A DNA stretch of 64,000 nt from the human T2T-CHM13v2.0 reference genome, Homo sapiens, in NCBI RefSeq assembly GCF_009914755.1, contig NC_060948.1. One strand, given 5' to 3'. Made by a program: the position numbers and the translations under genes. Shown in pieces: positions 24,729 through 38,983 of this stretch (positions are counted from its first letter, which is position 1; the number at the start of each line of letters is the position of its first letter). The notes under the pieces are model-generated. The model worked only from the letters and a program-made list of their open reading frames with translations, was not told the DNA's origin and ran no database searches.

Positions 24729-27700
24729 GAATTCATTGGAATGGAAGGGAATGTAGTGTAATGGACAGGCCTGGAATAAAGTGGAATGCTACGGTCTCGA
24801 ATGGAATAAAAATGTATGGAATGGAATGCAATGAAACGGAATCGAATGTCATAGAATGTAATGGAATGCAAAAAAATGGAATCCAAAATCATTGACTGGA
24901 AAGGCTGGGTGTCGAAAGGAATTGACTCCAATGGAATGGAATCGAATGGAATGGAAGTGAATAGAATCGAACTAAATCGTATGGAATGGAATTGATAGGA
25001 ACGGAATGGAAAGGAATGCAATGATTTGGCATGGAATGGAATCGAATGGCATCGAATGGAATGGAATGGAATGCAATGGAATGGAATGTATTAGAATGGA
25101 ATGAACTTTAATGGAATGTACTCGAATGGATTCGACTGGAATGGAATGTTCTGGAAGTGAATGGACTCCAATGGAATGGATTCAAAAGGAATGGAATCGT
25201 ACGGAATGGAATCTAATGGAATGGAATTAAATGGAAATGAATCAAATTGAATAGCACGGAATTGAATTGAATGGAATGGAATGCAATGGAATCTAATGAA
25301 ACGGAAAGGAAAGGAATGGAATGGAATGGAATGGGCTGGAATGGAAAGGAATCGAAACGAATGGAATGGAATCGAACTGAAGAGACTGGAATGGAATGCA
25401 CTGGAATGGAAGGGAGTGTAATGGAAGGTTCTCGAAAAAAATGGAATCGAATGGAATGCAATTGAATGGAACGGAGTAGAGCCGAATGCAATTGAATGGA
25501 ATGGAATGGACTAGAGTGAAATGGAATCGAACCACAAGGAATGGACAGGAATAGAATGGTCTCGAATTGAATGGAATCGTATGGAATGGCATCAAACGGA
25601 ATGGAATGGACAGCCACGGAATGGAATGCACTCGAATGCAATGGAGTCGAATCTAATGGACTGGAATAGAATGAACGCGACTGGTACGGACTCCAATGGA
25701 ATGGAATCGAATGGAAGGGAATCGAACGGAAGGGAATCGAATGGAATGGACTCGAAGGGAAAAGACTGTAATGGAAAGGTCTCGAATGGAATGGAAATTA
25801 ATGGAATGGAATGGAATCGAATGAAATGGAGGCAAAAGGAATGGAATCGAATGGCAAGAAATCGAATGTAATGGAATCGCAAGGAATTGATGTGAACGGA
25901 ACGGAATGGAATGGAATCCAAAGGAATGGAATAGAATGGAATGGAATCGAATAGAAAGGACTCGAATGGAAATCACTCGAATAGAATGCAATTTAATAAA
26001 ATAGGATCAAATGTAATGGAATGGAATGGAAAGGAATCGAAACGAAAGGAATGGAGACAGATGGAATGGAATGGAACAGAGAGCAATGGTATAGAACGGA
26101 ATGGAATCATCTGGAATGGAATTGAATGGAATGGAATAATATGAAATGGAAAGGAATGAAATGGAATGCCCTTGAATTAAATGGACTACAATGGTATGGA
26201 CTCGAACAGAGTGGAATGGAAAGTGTTGAAATAGAATGGAATTGACTCGTTTGGAATGGTCTAGTATGCAATGCAATCGACTGGCAGGGAATCAAAAGGA
26301 ATGTAATCGAGTGGATTGGACTGGAATGCAATGGACTCGAATAGATTGGAAACGGAATGCAAAGGAATGGAATGGAATAGTATGGAATGGAATGGAAAGG
26401 AATGGAGTGGAATAGACTAGAGTGGAATGGAATGGACTCGAAAGCAATGGACTGGAATGGAACTTTCTTGAATGGACTGGAACCAAACGGAATGGAATGC
26501 AATGCAATCAAATGGCATGGAATAAGATAGAATGAAAGAGAATCAAATGGAATTGAATCGAATGGAATCGAATGGATTGGAAAGGAATAGAATGGAATGG
26601 AATGGAATTGACTCAAATGGAATGGACTAGAATGGAATGGATTCGAATGGAAGGCAAAGGAATGGAATCTATCGGAATGCACTGTAATGGAATGGAATGG
26701 AAGGGATTGGAATGGATTCGAATGGAATGGACTGCAATAGAAAGGATTCGAATGGAATGAAAAAGAATTGAATGGAATAGAACAGAATGGAATCAAATCG
26801 AATGAAATGGAATGGAATAGAAAGGAATGGAATGAAATGGAATGGAAAGGATTCGAATGGAATGCAATCGAATGGAATGGAATCGAACGGAATGGAATAA
26901 AATGGAAGAAAACTGGCAAGAAATGGAATCGAAATGAATGGAGTGTTTTGGAACGGACTCAAAAGGAATTGAATGTAATAGAATGGAGTGGAGTGGACTC
27001 GAATATAATGGACTGGAATGGAATGAAATCACATGGAATGGGAACGAATGGAATGGAATGGAAAGGAATGGAATCGAATGGAAAGCAATCGAATGGAAGG
27101 GAATGAAATTGAATCAACAGGAATGGAAGGGAATAGAATAGACGGTAATGGAATGGACTCGAATAGAATGGACACGAATGCTCAAATTGAATGGACTCGA
27201 ATGGAATGGAAACGAAAGGAATGTCATCGAATGGAATTGAATCGATTGGAATGAAATCGCATAGAATGGAGTGGAATCAAATGGAATTGAATCGAAAGGA
27301 AAGGAAGCGAATGGACTGAAATGAAATGGAATGGAATTGAATGGAAAGTAATGCAATGGAATACAATGGAACGAAATTTCACGGAATGGAATCAAACTGA
27401 ATGGAATCAAATCAATGGAATCTAATCAAATGGAATGGAAAGGAATTGAATGGAGTAGATTGGATTGGATGGGATTGGAATGAAATGTACTGGAAAGGAC
27501 TCGAATTTCATGAAACGGAATGGAATGAATTGGAACGGAATGGACTCGAATGGAATGGAATGTCATGGAATGGTATCAAATGGAATGCCATCAAATGGAA
27601 TGGAATCGACTGCAATGGAATGTTATGGAATGGAATGGAATGCATTGGAATGGAATGTCCTCTAATGGAATGGATTCGAGTGGAATGGAATCGAATATAA

Positions 27701-28302
27701 TGGAGTCGAATGAAATGGAATTGAAAGGAATGGGATCGAATAGAATGGAATATACTGGAATGTAATGTAATGAACTCGAATGTAATTGACTGGAATGGAA
27801 TGTACATGAATGGAATGTAATCGAATGGAAAGTAATCCAATGGAATAGAATCTAATGCAATAAAACCGACTCAGATAGAGTAGAATGTAATGGAATGGAG
27901 TGCAGTGCAATGAAATGGAATGGAATTGAATGCAATGGAATGGAATGGAATGGAATGGAATGGAATGGAATGGAATTGGATGGAATGGTATGGAATGGAT
28001 AGTAATGGACTGGAGTGAAATGGACTGGAAAGGAATGGACTCAAATTGAAAGGTCTCGAAAGGAATGGAGTCAAATGGAATGGTCTGGAATGGAATGAAC
28101 ACGAATGTAATGCAATCCAATAGAATGGAATCGAATGGCATGGAATATAAAGAAATGGAATCGAAGAGAATGGAAACAAATGGAATGGAATTGAATGGAA
28201 TGGAATTGAATGGAATGGGAACGAATGGAGTGAAATTGTATGCAGTAGAAGGGAATAGAATGGAATGCAAGCGAAAGGAAAGGAATGGATTGGAATGGAA
28301 TG
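24729..28302 (+). repeat. DYZ1 unit U8 (3,574 bp)
   Basis: EcoRI-to-EcoRI. Near-copy of U6. Confidence 0.9.
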
Positions 28303-31300
28303 GAATTCATTGGAATGGAAGGGAATGTAGTGTAATGGACAGGCCTGGAATAAAGTGGAATGCTACGGTCTCGAATGGAATAAAAATGTATGGAATGGAA
28401 TGCAATGAAACGGAATCGAATGTCATAGAATGTAATGGAATGCAAAAAAATGGAATCCAAAATCATTGACTGGAAAGGCTGGGTGTCGAAAGGAATTGAC
28501 TCCAATGGAATGGAATCGAATGGAATGGAAGTGAATAGAATCGAACTAAATCGAATGGAATGGAATTGATAGGAACGGAATGGAAAGGAATGCAATGATT
28601 TGGCATGGAATGGAATCGAATGGCATCGAATGGAATGGAATGGAATGCAATGGAATGGAATGTATTAGAATGTAATGAACTTTAATGGAATGTACTCGAA
28701 TGGATTCGACTGGAATGGAATGTTCTGGAAGTGAATGGACTCCAATGGAATGGATTCAAAAGGAATGGAATCGTACGGAATGGAATCTAATGGAATGGAA
28801 TTAAATGGAAATGAATCAAATTGAATAGCACGGAATTGAATTGAATGGAATGGAATGCAATGGAATCTAATGAAACGGAAAGGAAAGGAATGGAATGGAA
28901 TGGAATGGACTGGAATGGAAAGGAATCGAAACGAATGGAATGGAATCGAACTGAAGAGACTGGAATGGAATGCACTGGAATGGAAGGGAGTGTAATGGAA
29001 GGTTCTCGAAAAAAATGGAATCGAATGGAATGGAATTGAATGGAACGGAATAGAGTCGAATGGAATTGAATGGAATGGAATGGACTAGAGTGAAATGGAA
29101 TCGAACCACAAGGAATGGACAGGAATAGAATGGTCTCGAATTGAATGGAATCGTATGGAATGGCATCAAACGGAATGGAATGGACAGCCACGGAATGGAA
29201 TGCACTCGAATGCAATGGAGTCGAAACTAATGGACTGGAATAGAATGGACTCGACTGGTACGGACTCCAATGGAATGGAATCGAATGGAAGGGAATCGAA
29301 AGGAATGGACTCGAAGGGAAAAGACTGCAATGGAAAGGTCTCGAATGGAATGGAAATTAATGGAATGGAATGGAATCGAATGAAATGGAGTCAAAAGGAA
29401 TGGAATCGAATGGCAAGAAATCGAATGTAATGGAATCGCAAGGAATTGATGTGAACGGAACGGAATGGAATGGAATCCAAAGGAATGGAATAGAATGGAA
29501 TGGAATCGAATGGAAAGGACTCGAATGGAAATCACTCGAATAGAATGCAATTTAATAAAATAGGATCAAATGTAATGGAATGGAATGGAAAGGAATCGAA
29601 ACGAAAGGAATGGAGACAGATGGAATGGAATGGAACAGAGAGCAATGGTATAGAATGGAATGGAATCATCTGGAATGGAATTGAATGGAATGGAATAATA
29701 TGAAATGGAATGGAATGGAATGGAATGGAATGCCCTTGAATTAAATGGACTGGAATGGAATGGACTCGAACAGAGTGGAATGGAAAGTGTTGAGATAGAA
29801 TGGAATGGACTCCTTTGGAATGGTGTACTATGCAATGCAATCGACTGGCAGGGAATCAAAAGGAAAGTAATCGAATGGATTGGACTGGAATGCAATGGAC
29901 TCGAATAGATTGCAAACGGAATGCAAAGGAATGGAATGGAATAGTATGGAATGGAATGGAAAGGAATGGAGTGGAATAGACTAGAGTGGAATGGAATGGA
30001 CTGGAAAGCAATGGACTGGAATGGAACTTTCTTGAATGGACTGGAATCAAACGGAATGGAATGCAATGCAATCAAAAGGCATGGAATAAAATAGAATGAA
30101 AGAGAATCAAATGGAATTGAATCGAATGGAATCGAATGGATTGGAAAGGAATAGAATGGAATGGAATGGAATGGACTAGAATGGAATGGATTCGAATGGA
30201 AGGCAAAGGAATGGAATCTATTGGAATGGACTGTAATGGAATGGAATGGAAGGGATTGGAATGGACTCGAATGGAATTGACTGCAATAGAAAGGATTCGA
30301 ATGGAATGAAAAAGAATTGAATGGAATAGAACAGAATGGAATCAAATCGAATGAAATGGAATGGAATAGAAAGGAATGGAATGAAATGGAATGGAAAGGA
30401 TTCGAATGGAATGCAATCGAATGGAATGGAATCGAACGGAATGGAATAAAATGGAAGAAAACTGGCAAGAAAGGGAATCGATATGAATGGAGTGTTATGG
30501 AACGGACTCAAAAGGAATTGAATGTAATAGAATGGAGTGGAGTGGACTCGAATATAATGGACTGGAATGGAATGAAATCACATGGAATGGGAACGAATGG
30601 AATGGAATGGAAAGGAATGGAATCGAATGGAAAGGAATCGAATGGAAGGGAATGAAATTGAATCAACAGGAATGGAAGGGAATAGAATAGACGGTAATGG
30701 AATGGACTCGAATAGAATGGACACGAATGCTCAAATTGAATGGACTCGAATGGAATGGAAACGAAAGGAATGTCATCGAATGGAATTGAATCGATTGGAA
30801 TGAAATCGCATAGAATGGAGTGGAATCAAATGGAATTGAATCGAAAGGAAAGGAAGCGAATGGACTGAAATGAAATGGAATGGAATTGAATGGAAAGTAA
30901 TGCAATGGAATAGAATGGAACGAAATTTCACGGAATGGAATCAAACTGAATGGAATCAAATCAATGGAATCCAATCAAATGGAATGGAGTAGATTGGATT
31001 GGATGGGATTGGAATGAAATGTACTGGAAAGGACTCGAATTTCATGAAACGGAATGGAATGAATTGGAACGGAATGGACTCGAATGGAATGGAATGTCAT
31101 AGAATGGCATCAAATGGAATGGCATCAAATGGAATGGAATCGAATGCAATGGAATGCTATGGAATGGAATGGAATGCATTGGAATGGAATGTCCTCTAAT
31201 GGAATGGATTCGAGTGGAATGGAATCGAATATAATGGAGTCGAATGAAATGGAATTGAAAGGAATGGGATCGAATACAATGGAATATACTGGAATGTAAT

Positions 31301-31836
31301 GTAATGAACTGGAATGTAATTGACTGGAATGGAATGTACATGAATGGAATGTAATCGAATGGAAAGTAATCCAATGGAATAGAATCTAATGCAATAAAAT
31401 CGACTCAGATAGAGTAGAATGTAATGGAATGGAGTGCAGTGCAATGGAATGGAATGGAATGGAATGCAATGGAATGGAATGGAATGGAATGGAATGGAAT
31501 GGAATGGAATGGGATGGAATGGTATGGAATGGATAGTAATGGACTGGAGTGAAATGGACTGGAAAGGAATGGACTCAAATTGAAAGGGCTCGAAAGGAAT
31601 GGAGTCAAATGGAATGGTCTGGAATGGAATGAACACGAATGTAATGCAATCCAATAGAATGGAATCGAATGGCATGGAATATAAAGAAATGGAATCGAAG
31701 AGAATGGAAACAAATGGAATGGAATTGAATGGAATGGAATTGAATGGAATGGGAACGAATGGAGTGAAATTGTATGCAGTAGAAGGGAATAGAATGGAAT
31801 GCAAGCGAAAGGAAAGGAATGGATTGGAATGGAATG
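28303..31836 (+). repeat. DYZ1 unit U9 (3,534 bp)
   Basis: EcoRI-to-EcoRI. Two private 15-bp deletions near 30165 and 30980. Confidence 0.9.
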
Positions 31837-34800
31837 GAATTCATTGGAATGGAAGGGAATGTAGTGTAATGGACAGGCCTGGAATAAAGTGGAATGCTAC
31901 GGTCTCGAATGGAATAAAAATGTATGGAATGGAATGCAATGAAACGGAATCGAATGTCATAGAATGTAATGGAATGCAAAAAAATGGAATCCAAAATCAT
32001 TGACTAGAAAGGCTGGGTGTCGAAAGGAATTGACTGCAATGGAATGGAATCGAATGGAATGGAAGTGAATAGAATCGAACTAAATCGAATGGAATGGAAT
32101 TGATAGGAACGGAATGGAAAGGAATGCAATGATTTGGCATGGAATGGAATCGAATGGCATCGAATGGAATGGAATGGAATGCAATGGAATGGAATGTATT
32201 AGAATGTAATGAACATTAGTGGAATGTACTCGAATGGATTCGACTGGAATGGAATGTTCTGGAAGTGAATGGACTCCAATAGAATGGATTCGAAAGGAAT
32301 GGAATCGAACGGAATGGATTCTAATGGAATGGAATTAAATGGAAATGAATCAAATTGAATAGCACGGAATTGAATTGAATGGAATCGAATGCAATGGAAT
32401 CTAATGAAACGGAAAGGAAAGAATGGAATGGAATAGAATGGGCTGGAATGGAAAGGAATCGAAACGAATGGAATGGAATCGAACTGAAGAGACTGGAATG
32501 GAATGCACTGGAATGGAAGGGAGTGTAATGGAAGGTTCTCGAAAAAAATGGAATCGAATGGAATGGAATTGAATGGAACAGAATAGAGTCGAATGGAATT
32601 GAATGGAATGGAATGGACTAGAGTGAAATGGAATCGAACCACAAGGAATGGACTGTAATAGAATGGTCTCGAATTGAATGGAATCGTATGGAATGGCATC
32701 AAACGGAATGGAATGGACAGCCACGGAATGGAATGCACTCGAATGCAATGGAGTCGAAACTAATGGACTGGAATAGAATGGACTCGACTGGTACGGACTC
32801 CAATGGAATGGAATCGAATGGAAGGGAATCGAACGGAATGGACTCGAAGGGAAAAGACTGCAATGGAAAGGTCTCGAATGGAATGGAAATTAATGGGATG
32901 GAATGGAATCGAATGAAATGGAGTCAAAAGGAATGGAATCGAATGGCAAGAAATCGAATTTAATGGAATCGCAAGGAATTGATGTGAACGGAACGGAATG
33001 GAATGGAATCCAAAGGAATGGAATAGAATGGAATGGAATCGAATGGAAAGGACTCGAATGGAAATCACTCGAATAGAATGCAATTTAATAAAATAGGATC
33101 AAATGTAATATAATGGAATGGAAAGGAATCGAAACGGAAGGAATGGAGACAGGTGGAATGGAATGGAACAGAGAGCAATGGTATAGAATGGAATGGAATC
33201 ATCTGGAATGGAATTGAATGGAATGGAATAATATGAAATGGAATGGAATGGAATGGAATGGAATGCCCTTGAATTAAATGGACTGGACTCGAACAGAGTG
33301 GAATGGAAAGTGTTGAGATACAATGGAATGGACTCCTTTGGAATGGTGTAGTATGCAATGCAATCGACTGGCAGGGAATCAAAAGGAATGTAATCGAATG
33401 GATTGGACTGGAATGCAATGGACTCGAATAGATTGGAAACGGAATGCAAAGGAATGGAATGGAATAGTATGGAATGCAATGGAAGGGAATGGAGTGGAAT
33501 AGACTAGAGTGGAATGGAATGGACTGGAAAGCAATGGACTGGAATGGAACTTTCTTGGATGGATTGGAATCAAACGGAATGGAATGCAATGCAATCAAAT
33601 GGCATGGAATAAAATAGAATGAAAGAGAATCAAATGGAATTGAATCGAATGGAATCGAATGGATTGGAAAGGAATAGAATGGAATGGAATGGAATTGACT
33701 CAAATGGAATGGACTAGAATGGAATGGATTCGAATGGAAGGCAAAGGAATGGAATCTATTGGAATGGACTGTAATGGAATGGAATGGAAGGGATTGGAAT
33801 GGACTCGAATGGAATGGACTGCAATAGAAAGGATTCGAATGGAATGAAAAAGAATTGAATGGAATAGAACAGAATGGAATCAAATCGAATGAAATGGAAT
33901 GGAATAGAAAGGAATGGAATGAAATGGAATGGAAAGGATTCGAATGGAATGCAATCGAATGGAATGGAATCGAACGGAATGGAATAAAATGGAAGAAAAC
34001 TGGCAAGAAATGGAATCGAAATGAATGGAGTGTTATGGAACGGACTCAAAAGGAATTGAATGTAATAGAATGGAGTGGAGTGGACTCGAATATAATGGAC
34101 TGGAATGGAATGAAATCACATGGAATGGGAACGAATGGAATGGAATGGAAAGGAATGGAATCGAATGGAAAGGAATCGAATGGAAGGGAATGAAATTGAA
34201 TCAACACGAATGGAAGGGAATAGAATAGACTGTAATGGAATGGACTCGAATAGAATGGACACGAATGCTCAAATTAAATGGACTCGAATGGAATGGAAAC
34301 GAAAGGAATGTCATCGAATGGAATTGAATCGATTGGAATGAAATCGCATAGAATGGAGTGGAATCAAATGGAATTGAATCGAAAGGAAAGGAAGCGAATG
34401 GACTGAAATGAAATGGAACGGAATTGAATGGAAAGTAATGCAATGGAATAGAATGGAACGAAATTTCACGGAATGGAATCAAACTGAATGGAATCAAATC
34501 AATGGAATCAAATCAAATGGAATGGAAAGGAATTGAATGGAGTAGATGGGATTGGATGGGATTGGAATGAAATGTACTGGAAAGGACTCGAATTTCATGA
34601 AACGGAATGGAATGAATTGGAACGGAATGGACTCGAATGGAATGGAATGTCATGGGATGGCATCAAATGGAATGGCATCAAATGGAATGGAATCGAATGC
34701 AATGGAATGCTATGGAATGGAATGGAATGCATTGGAATGGAATGTCCTCTAATGGAATGGATTCGAGTGGAATGGAATGGAATATAATGGAGTCGAATGA

Positions 34801-35399
34801 AATGGAATTGAAAGGAATGGGATCGAATACAATGGAATATACTGGAATGTAACGTAATGAACGCGAATGTAATTGACTGGAATGGAATGTACATGAATGG
34901 AATGTAATCGAATGGAAAGTAATCCAATGGAATAGAATCTAATGCAATAAAATCGACTCAGATAGAGTAGAATGTAATGGAATGGAGTGCAGTGCAATGG
35001 AATGGAATGGAATGGAATGCAATGGAATGGAATGGAATGGAATGCAATGGAATGGAATGGAATGGAATGGAATGGGATGGAATGGTATGGAATGGATAGT
35101 AATGGACTGGAGTGAAATGGACTGGAAAGGAATGGACTCAAATTGAAAGGGCTCGAAAGGAATGGAGTCAAATGGAATGGTCTGGAATGGAATGAACACG
35201 AATGTAATGCAACCCAATAGAATGGAATCGAATGGCATGGAATATAAAGAAATGGAATCGAAGAGAATGGAAACAAATGGAATGGAATTGAATGGAATGG
35301 AATTGAATGGAATGGGAACGAATGGAGTGAAATTGTATGCAGTAGAAGAGAATAGAATGGAATGCAAGCGAAAGGAAAGGAATGGATTGGAATGGAATG
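31837..35399 (+). repeat. DYZ1 unit U10 (3,563 bp)
   Basis: EcoRI-to-EcoRI. 5' part shares the U1/U14 1-bp deletion (near 32420). 3' part shares U11/U12 variants. Confidence 0.9.
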
Positions 35400-38300
35400 G
35401 AATTCATTGGAATGGAAGGGAATGTAGTGTAATGGACAGGCCTGGAATAAAGTGGAATGCTACGGTCTCGAATGGAATAAAAATGTATGGAATGGAATGC
35501 AATGAAACGGAATCGAATGTCATAGAATGTAATGGAATGCAAAAAAATGGAATCCAAAATCATTGACTGGAAAGGCTGGGTGTCGAAAGGAATTGACTCC
35601 AATGGAATGGAATCGAATGGAATGGAAGTGAATAGAATCGAACTAAATCGAATGGAATGGAATTGATAGGAACGGAATGGAAAGGAATGCAATGATTTGG
35701 CATGGAATGGAATCGAATGGCATCGAATGGAATGGAATGGATTGCAATGGAATGGAATGTATTAGAATGTAATGAACTTTAATGGAATGTACTCGAATGG
35801 ATTCGACTGGAATGGAATGTTCTGGAAGTGAATGGACTCCAATGGAATGGATTCAAAAGGAATGGAATCGTACGGAATGGAATCTAATGGAATGGAATTA
35901 AATGGAAATGAATCAAATTGAATAGCACGGAATTGAATTGAATGGAATGGAATGCAATGGAATCTAATGAAACGGAAAGGAAAGGAATGGAATGGAATGG
36001 AATGGGCTGGAATGGAAAGGAATCGAAACGAATGGAATGGAATCGAAGTGAAGAGACTGGAATGGAATGCACTGGAATGGAAGGGAGTGTAATGGAAGGT
36101 TCTCGAAAAAAATGGAATCGAATGGAATGGAATTGAATGGAACGGAATAGAGTCGAATGGAATTGAATGGAATGGAATGGACTAGAGTGAAATGGAATCG
36201 AACCACAACGAATGGACAGGAATAGAATGGTCTCGAATTGAATGGAATCGTATGGAATGGCATCAAACGGAATGGAATGGACAGCCACGGAATGGAATGC
36301 ACTCGAATGCAATGGAGTCGAAACTAATGGACTGGAATAGAATGGACTCGACTGGTACGGACTCCAATGGAATGGAATCGAATGGAAGGGAATCGAACGG
36401 AAGGGATTCGAACGGAATGGACTCGAAGGGAAAAGACTGCAATGGAAAGGTCTCGAATGGAATGGTAATTAATGGAATGGAATGGAATCGAATGAAATGG
36501 AGTCAAAAGGAATGGAATCGAATGGCAAGAAATCGAATGTAATGGAATCGCAAGGAATTGATGTGAACGGAACGGAATGGAATGGAATCCAAAGGAATGG
36601 AATAGAATGGAATGGAATCGAATGGAAAGGACTCGAATGGAAATCACTCGAATAGAATGCAATTTAATAAAATAGGATCAAATGTAATGGAATGGAATGG
36701 AAAGGAATCGAAACGAAAGGAATGGAGACAGATGGAATGGAATGGAACAGAGAGCAATGGTATAGAATGGAATGGAATCATCTGGAATGGAATTGAATGG
36801 AATGGAATAATATGAAATGGAATGGAATGGAATGGAATGGAATGCCCTTGAATTAAATGGACTGGAATGGAATGGACTCAAACAGAGTGGAATGGAAAGT
36901 GTGGAGATAGAATGGAATGAACTCCTTTGGAATGGTGTAGTATGCAATGCAATCGACTGGCAGGGAATCAAAAGGAATGTAATCGAATGGATTGGACTGG
37001 AATGCAATGGACTCGAATAGATTGGAAACGGAATGCAAAGGAATGGAATGGAATAGTATGGAATGCAATGGAAGGGAATGGAGTGGAATAGACTAGAGTG
37101 GAATGGAATGGACTGGAAAGCAATGGACTGGAATGGAACTTTCTTGGATGGACTGGAATCAAACGGAATGGAATGCAATGCAATCAAATGGCATGGAATA
37201 AAATAGAATGAAAGAGAATCAAATGGAATTGAATCGAATGGAATCGAATGGATTGGAAAGGAATAGAATGGAATGGAATGGAATTGACTCAAATGGAATG
37301 GACTAGAATGGAATGGATTCGAATGGAAGGCAAAGGAATGGAATCTATTGGAATGGACTGTAATGGAATGGAATGGAAGGGATTGGAATGGACTCGAATG
37401 GAATGGACTGCAATAGAAAGGATTCGAATGGAATGAAAAAGAATTGAATGGAATAGAACAGAATGGAATCAAATCGAATGAAATGGAATGGAATAGAAAG
37501 GAATGGAATGAAATGGAATGGAAAGGATTCGAATGGAATGCAATCGAATGGAATGGAATCGAACGGAATGGAATAAAATGGAAGAAAACTGGCAAGAAAT
37601 GGAATCGAAATGAATGGAGTGTTATGGAACGGACTCAAAAGGAATTGAATGTAATAGAATGGAGTGGAGTGGACTCGAATATAATGGACTGGAATGGAAT
37701 GAAATCACATGGAATGGGAACGAATGGAATGGAATGGAAAGGAATGGAATCGAATGGAAAGGAATCGAATGGAAGGGAATGAAATTGAATCAACACGAAT
37801 GGAAGGGAATAGAATACACTGTAATGGAATGGACTCGAATAGAATGGACACGAATGCTCAAATTAAATGGACTCGAATGGAATGGAAACGAAAGGAATGT
37901 CATCGAATGGAATTGAATCGATTGGAATGAAATCGCATAGAATGGAGTGGAATCAAATGGAATTGAATCGAAAGGAAAGGAAGCGAATGGACTGAAATGA
38001 AATGGAATGGAATTGAATGGAAAGTAATGCAATGGAATAGAATGGAACGAAATTTCACGGAATGGAATCAAACTGAATGGAATCAAATCAATGGAATCAA
38101 ATCAAATGGAATGGAAAGGAATTGAATGGAGTAGATGGGATTGGATGGGACTGGAATGAAATGTACTGGAAAGGACTCGAATTTCATGAAACGGAATGGA
38201 ATGAATTGGAACGGAATGGACTCGAATGGAATGGAATGTCATGGGATGGCATCAAATGGAATGACATCAAATGGAATGGAATCGAATGCAATGGAATGCT

Positions 38301-38983
38301 ATGGAATGGAATGGAATGCATTGGAATGGAATGTCCGCTAATGGAATGGATTCGAGTGGAATGGAATTGAATATAATGGAGTCGAATGAAATGGAATTGA
38401 AAGGAATTTGATCGAATACAATGGAATATACTGGAATGTAACGTAATGAACTCGAATGTAATTGACTGGAATGGAATGTACATGAATGGAATGTAATCGA
38501 ATGGAAAGTAATCCAATGGAATAGAATCTAATGCAATAAAATCGACTCAGATAGAGTAGAATGTAATGGAATGGAGTGCAGTGCAATGGAATGGAATGGA
38601 ATGGAATGCAATGGAATGGAATGGAATGGAATGGAATGGAATGGAATGGAATGGAATGGGATGGAATGGTATGGAATGGATAGTAATGGACTGGAGTGAA
38701 ATGGACTGGAAAGGAATGGACTCAAATTGAAAGGGCTCGAAAGGAATGGAGTCAAATGGAATGGTCTGGAATGGAATGAACACGAATGTAATGCAACCCA
38801 ATAGAATGGAATCGAATGGCATGGAATATAAAGAAATGGAATTGAAGAGAATGGAAACAAATGGAATGGAATTGAATGGAATGGAATTGAATGGAATGGA
38901 AACGAATGGAGTGAAATTGTATGCAGTAGAAGAGAATAGAATGGAATGCAAGCGAAAGGAAAGGAATGGATTGGAATGGAATG
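35400..38983 (+). repeat. DYZ1 unit U11 (3,584 bp)
   Basis: EcoRI-to-EcoRI. ACTCAAACAG/GTGGAGATAG subtype. Confidence 0.9.
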
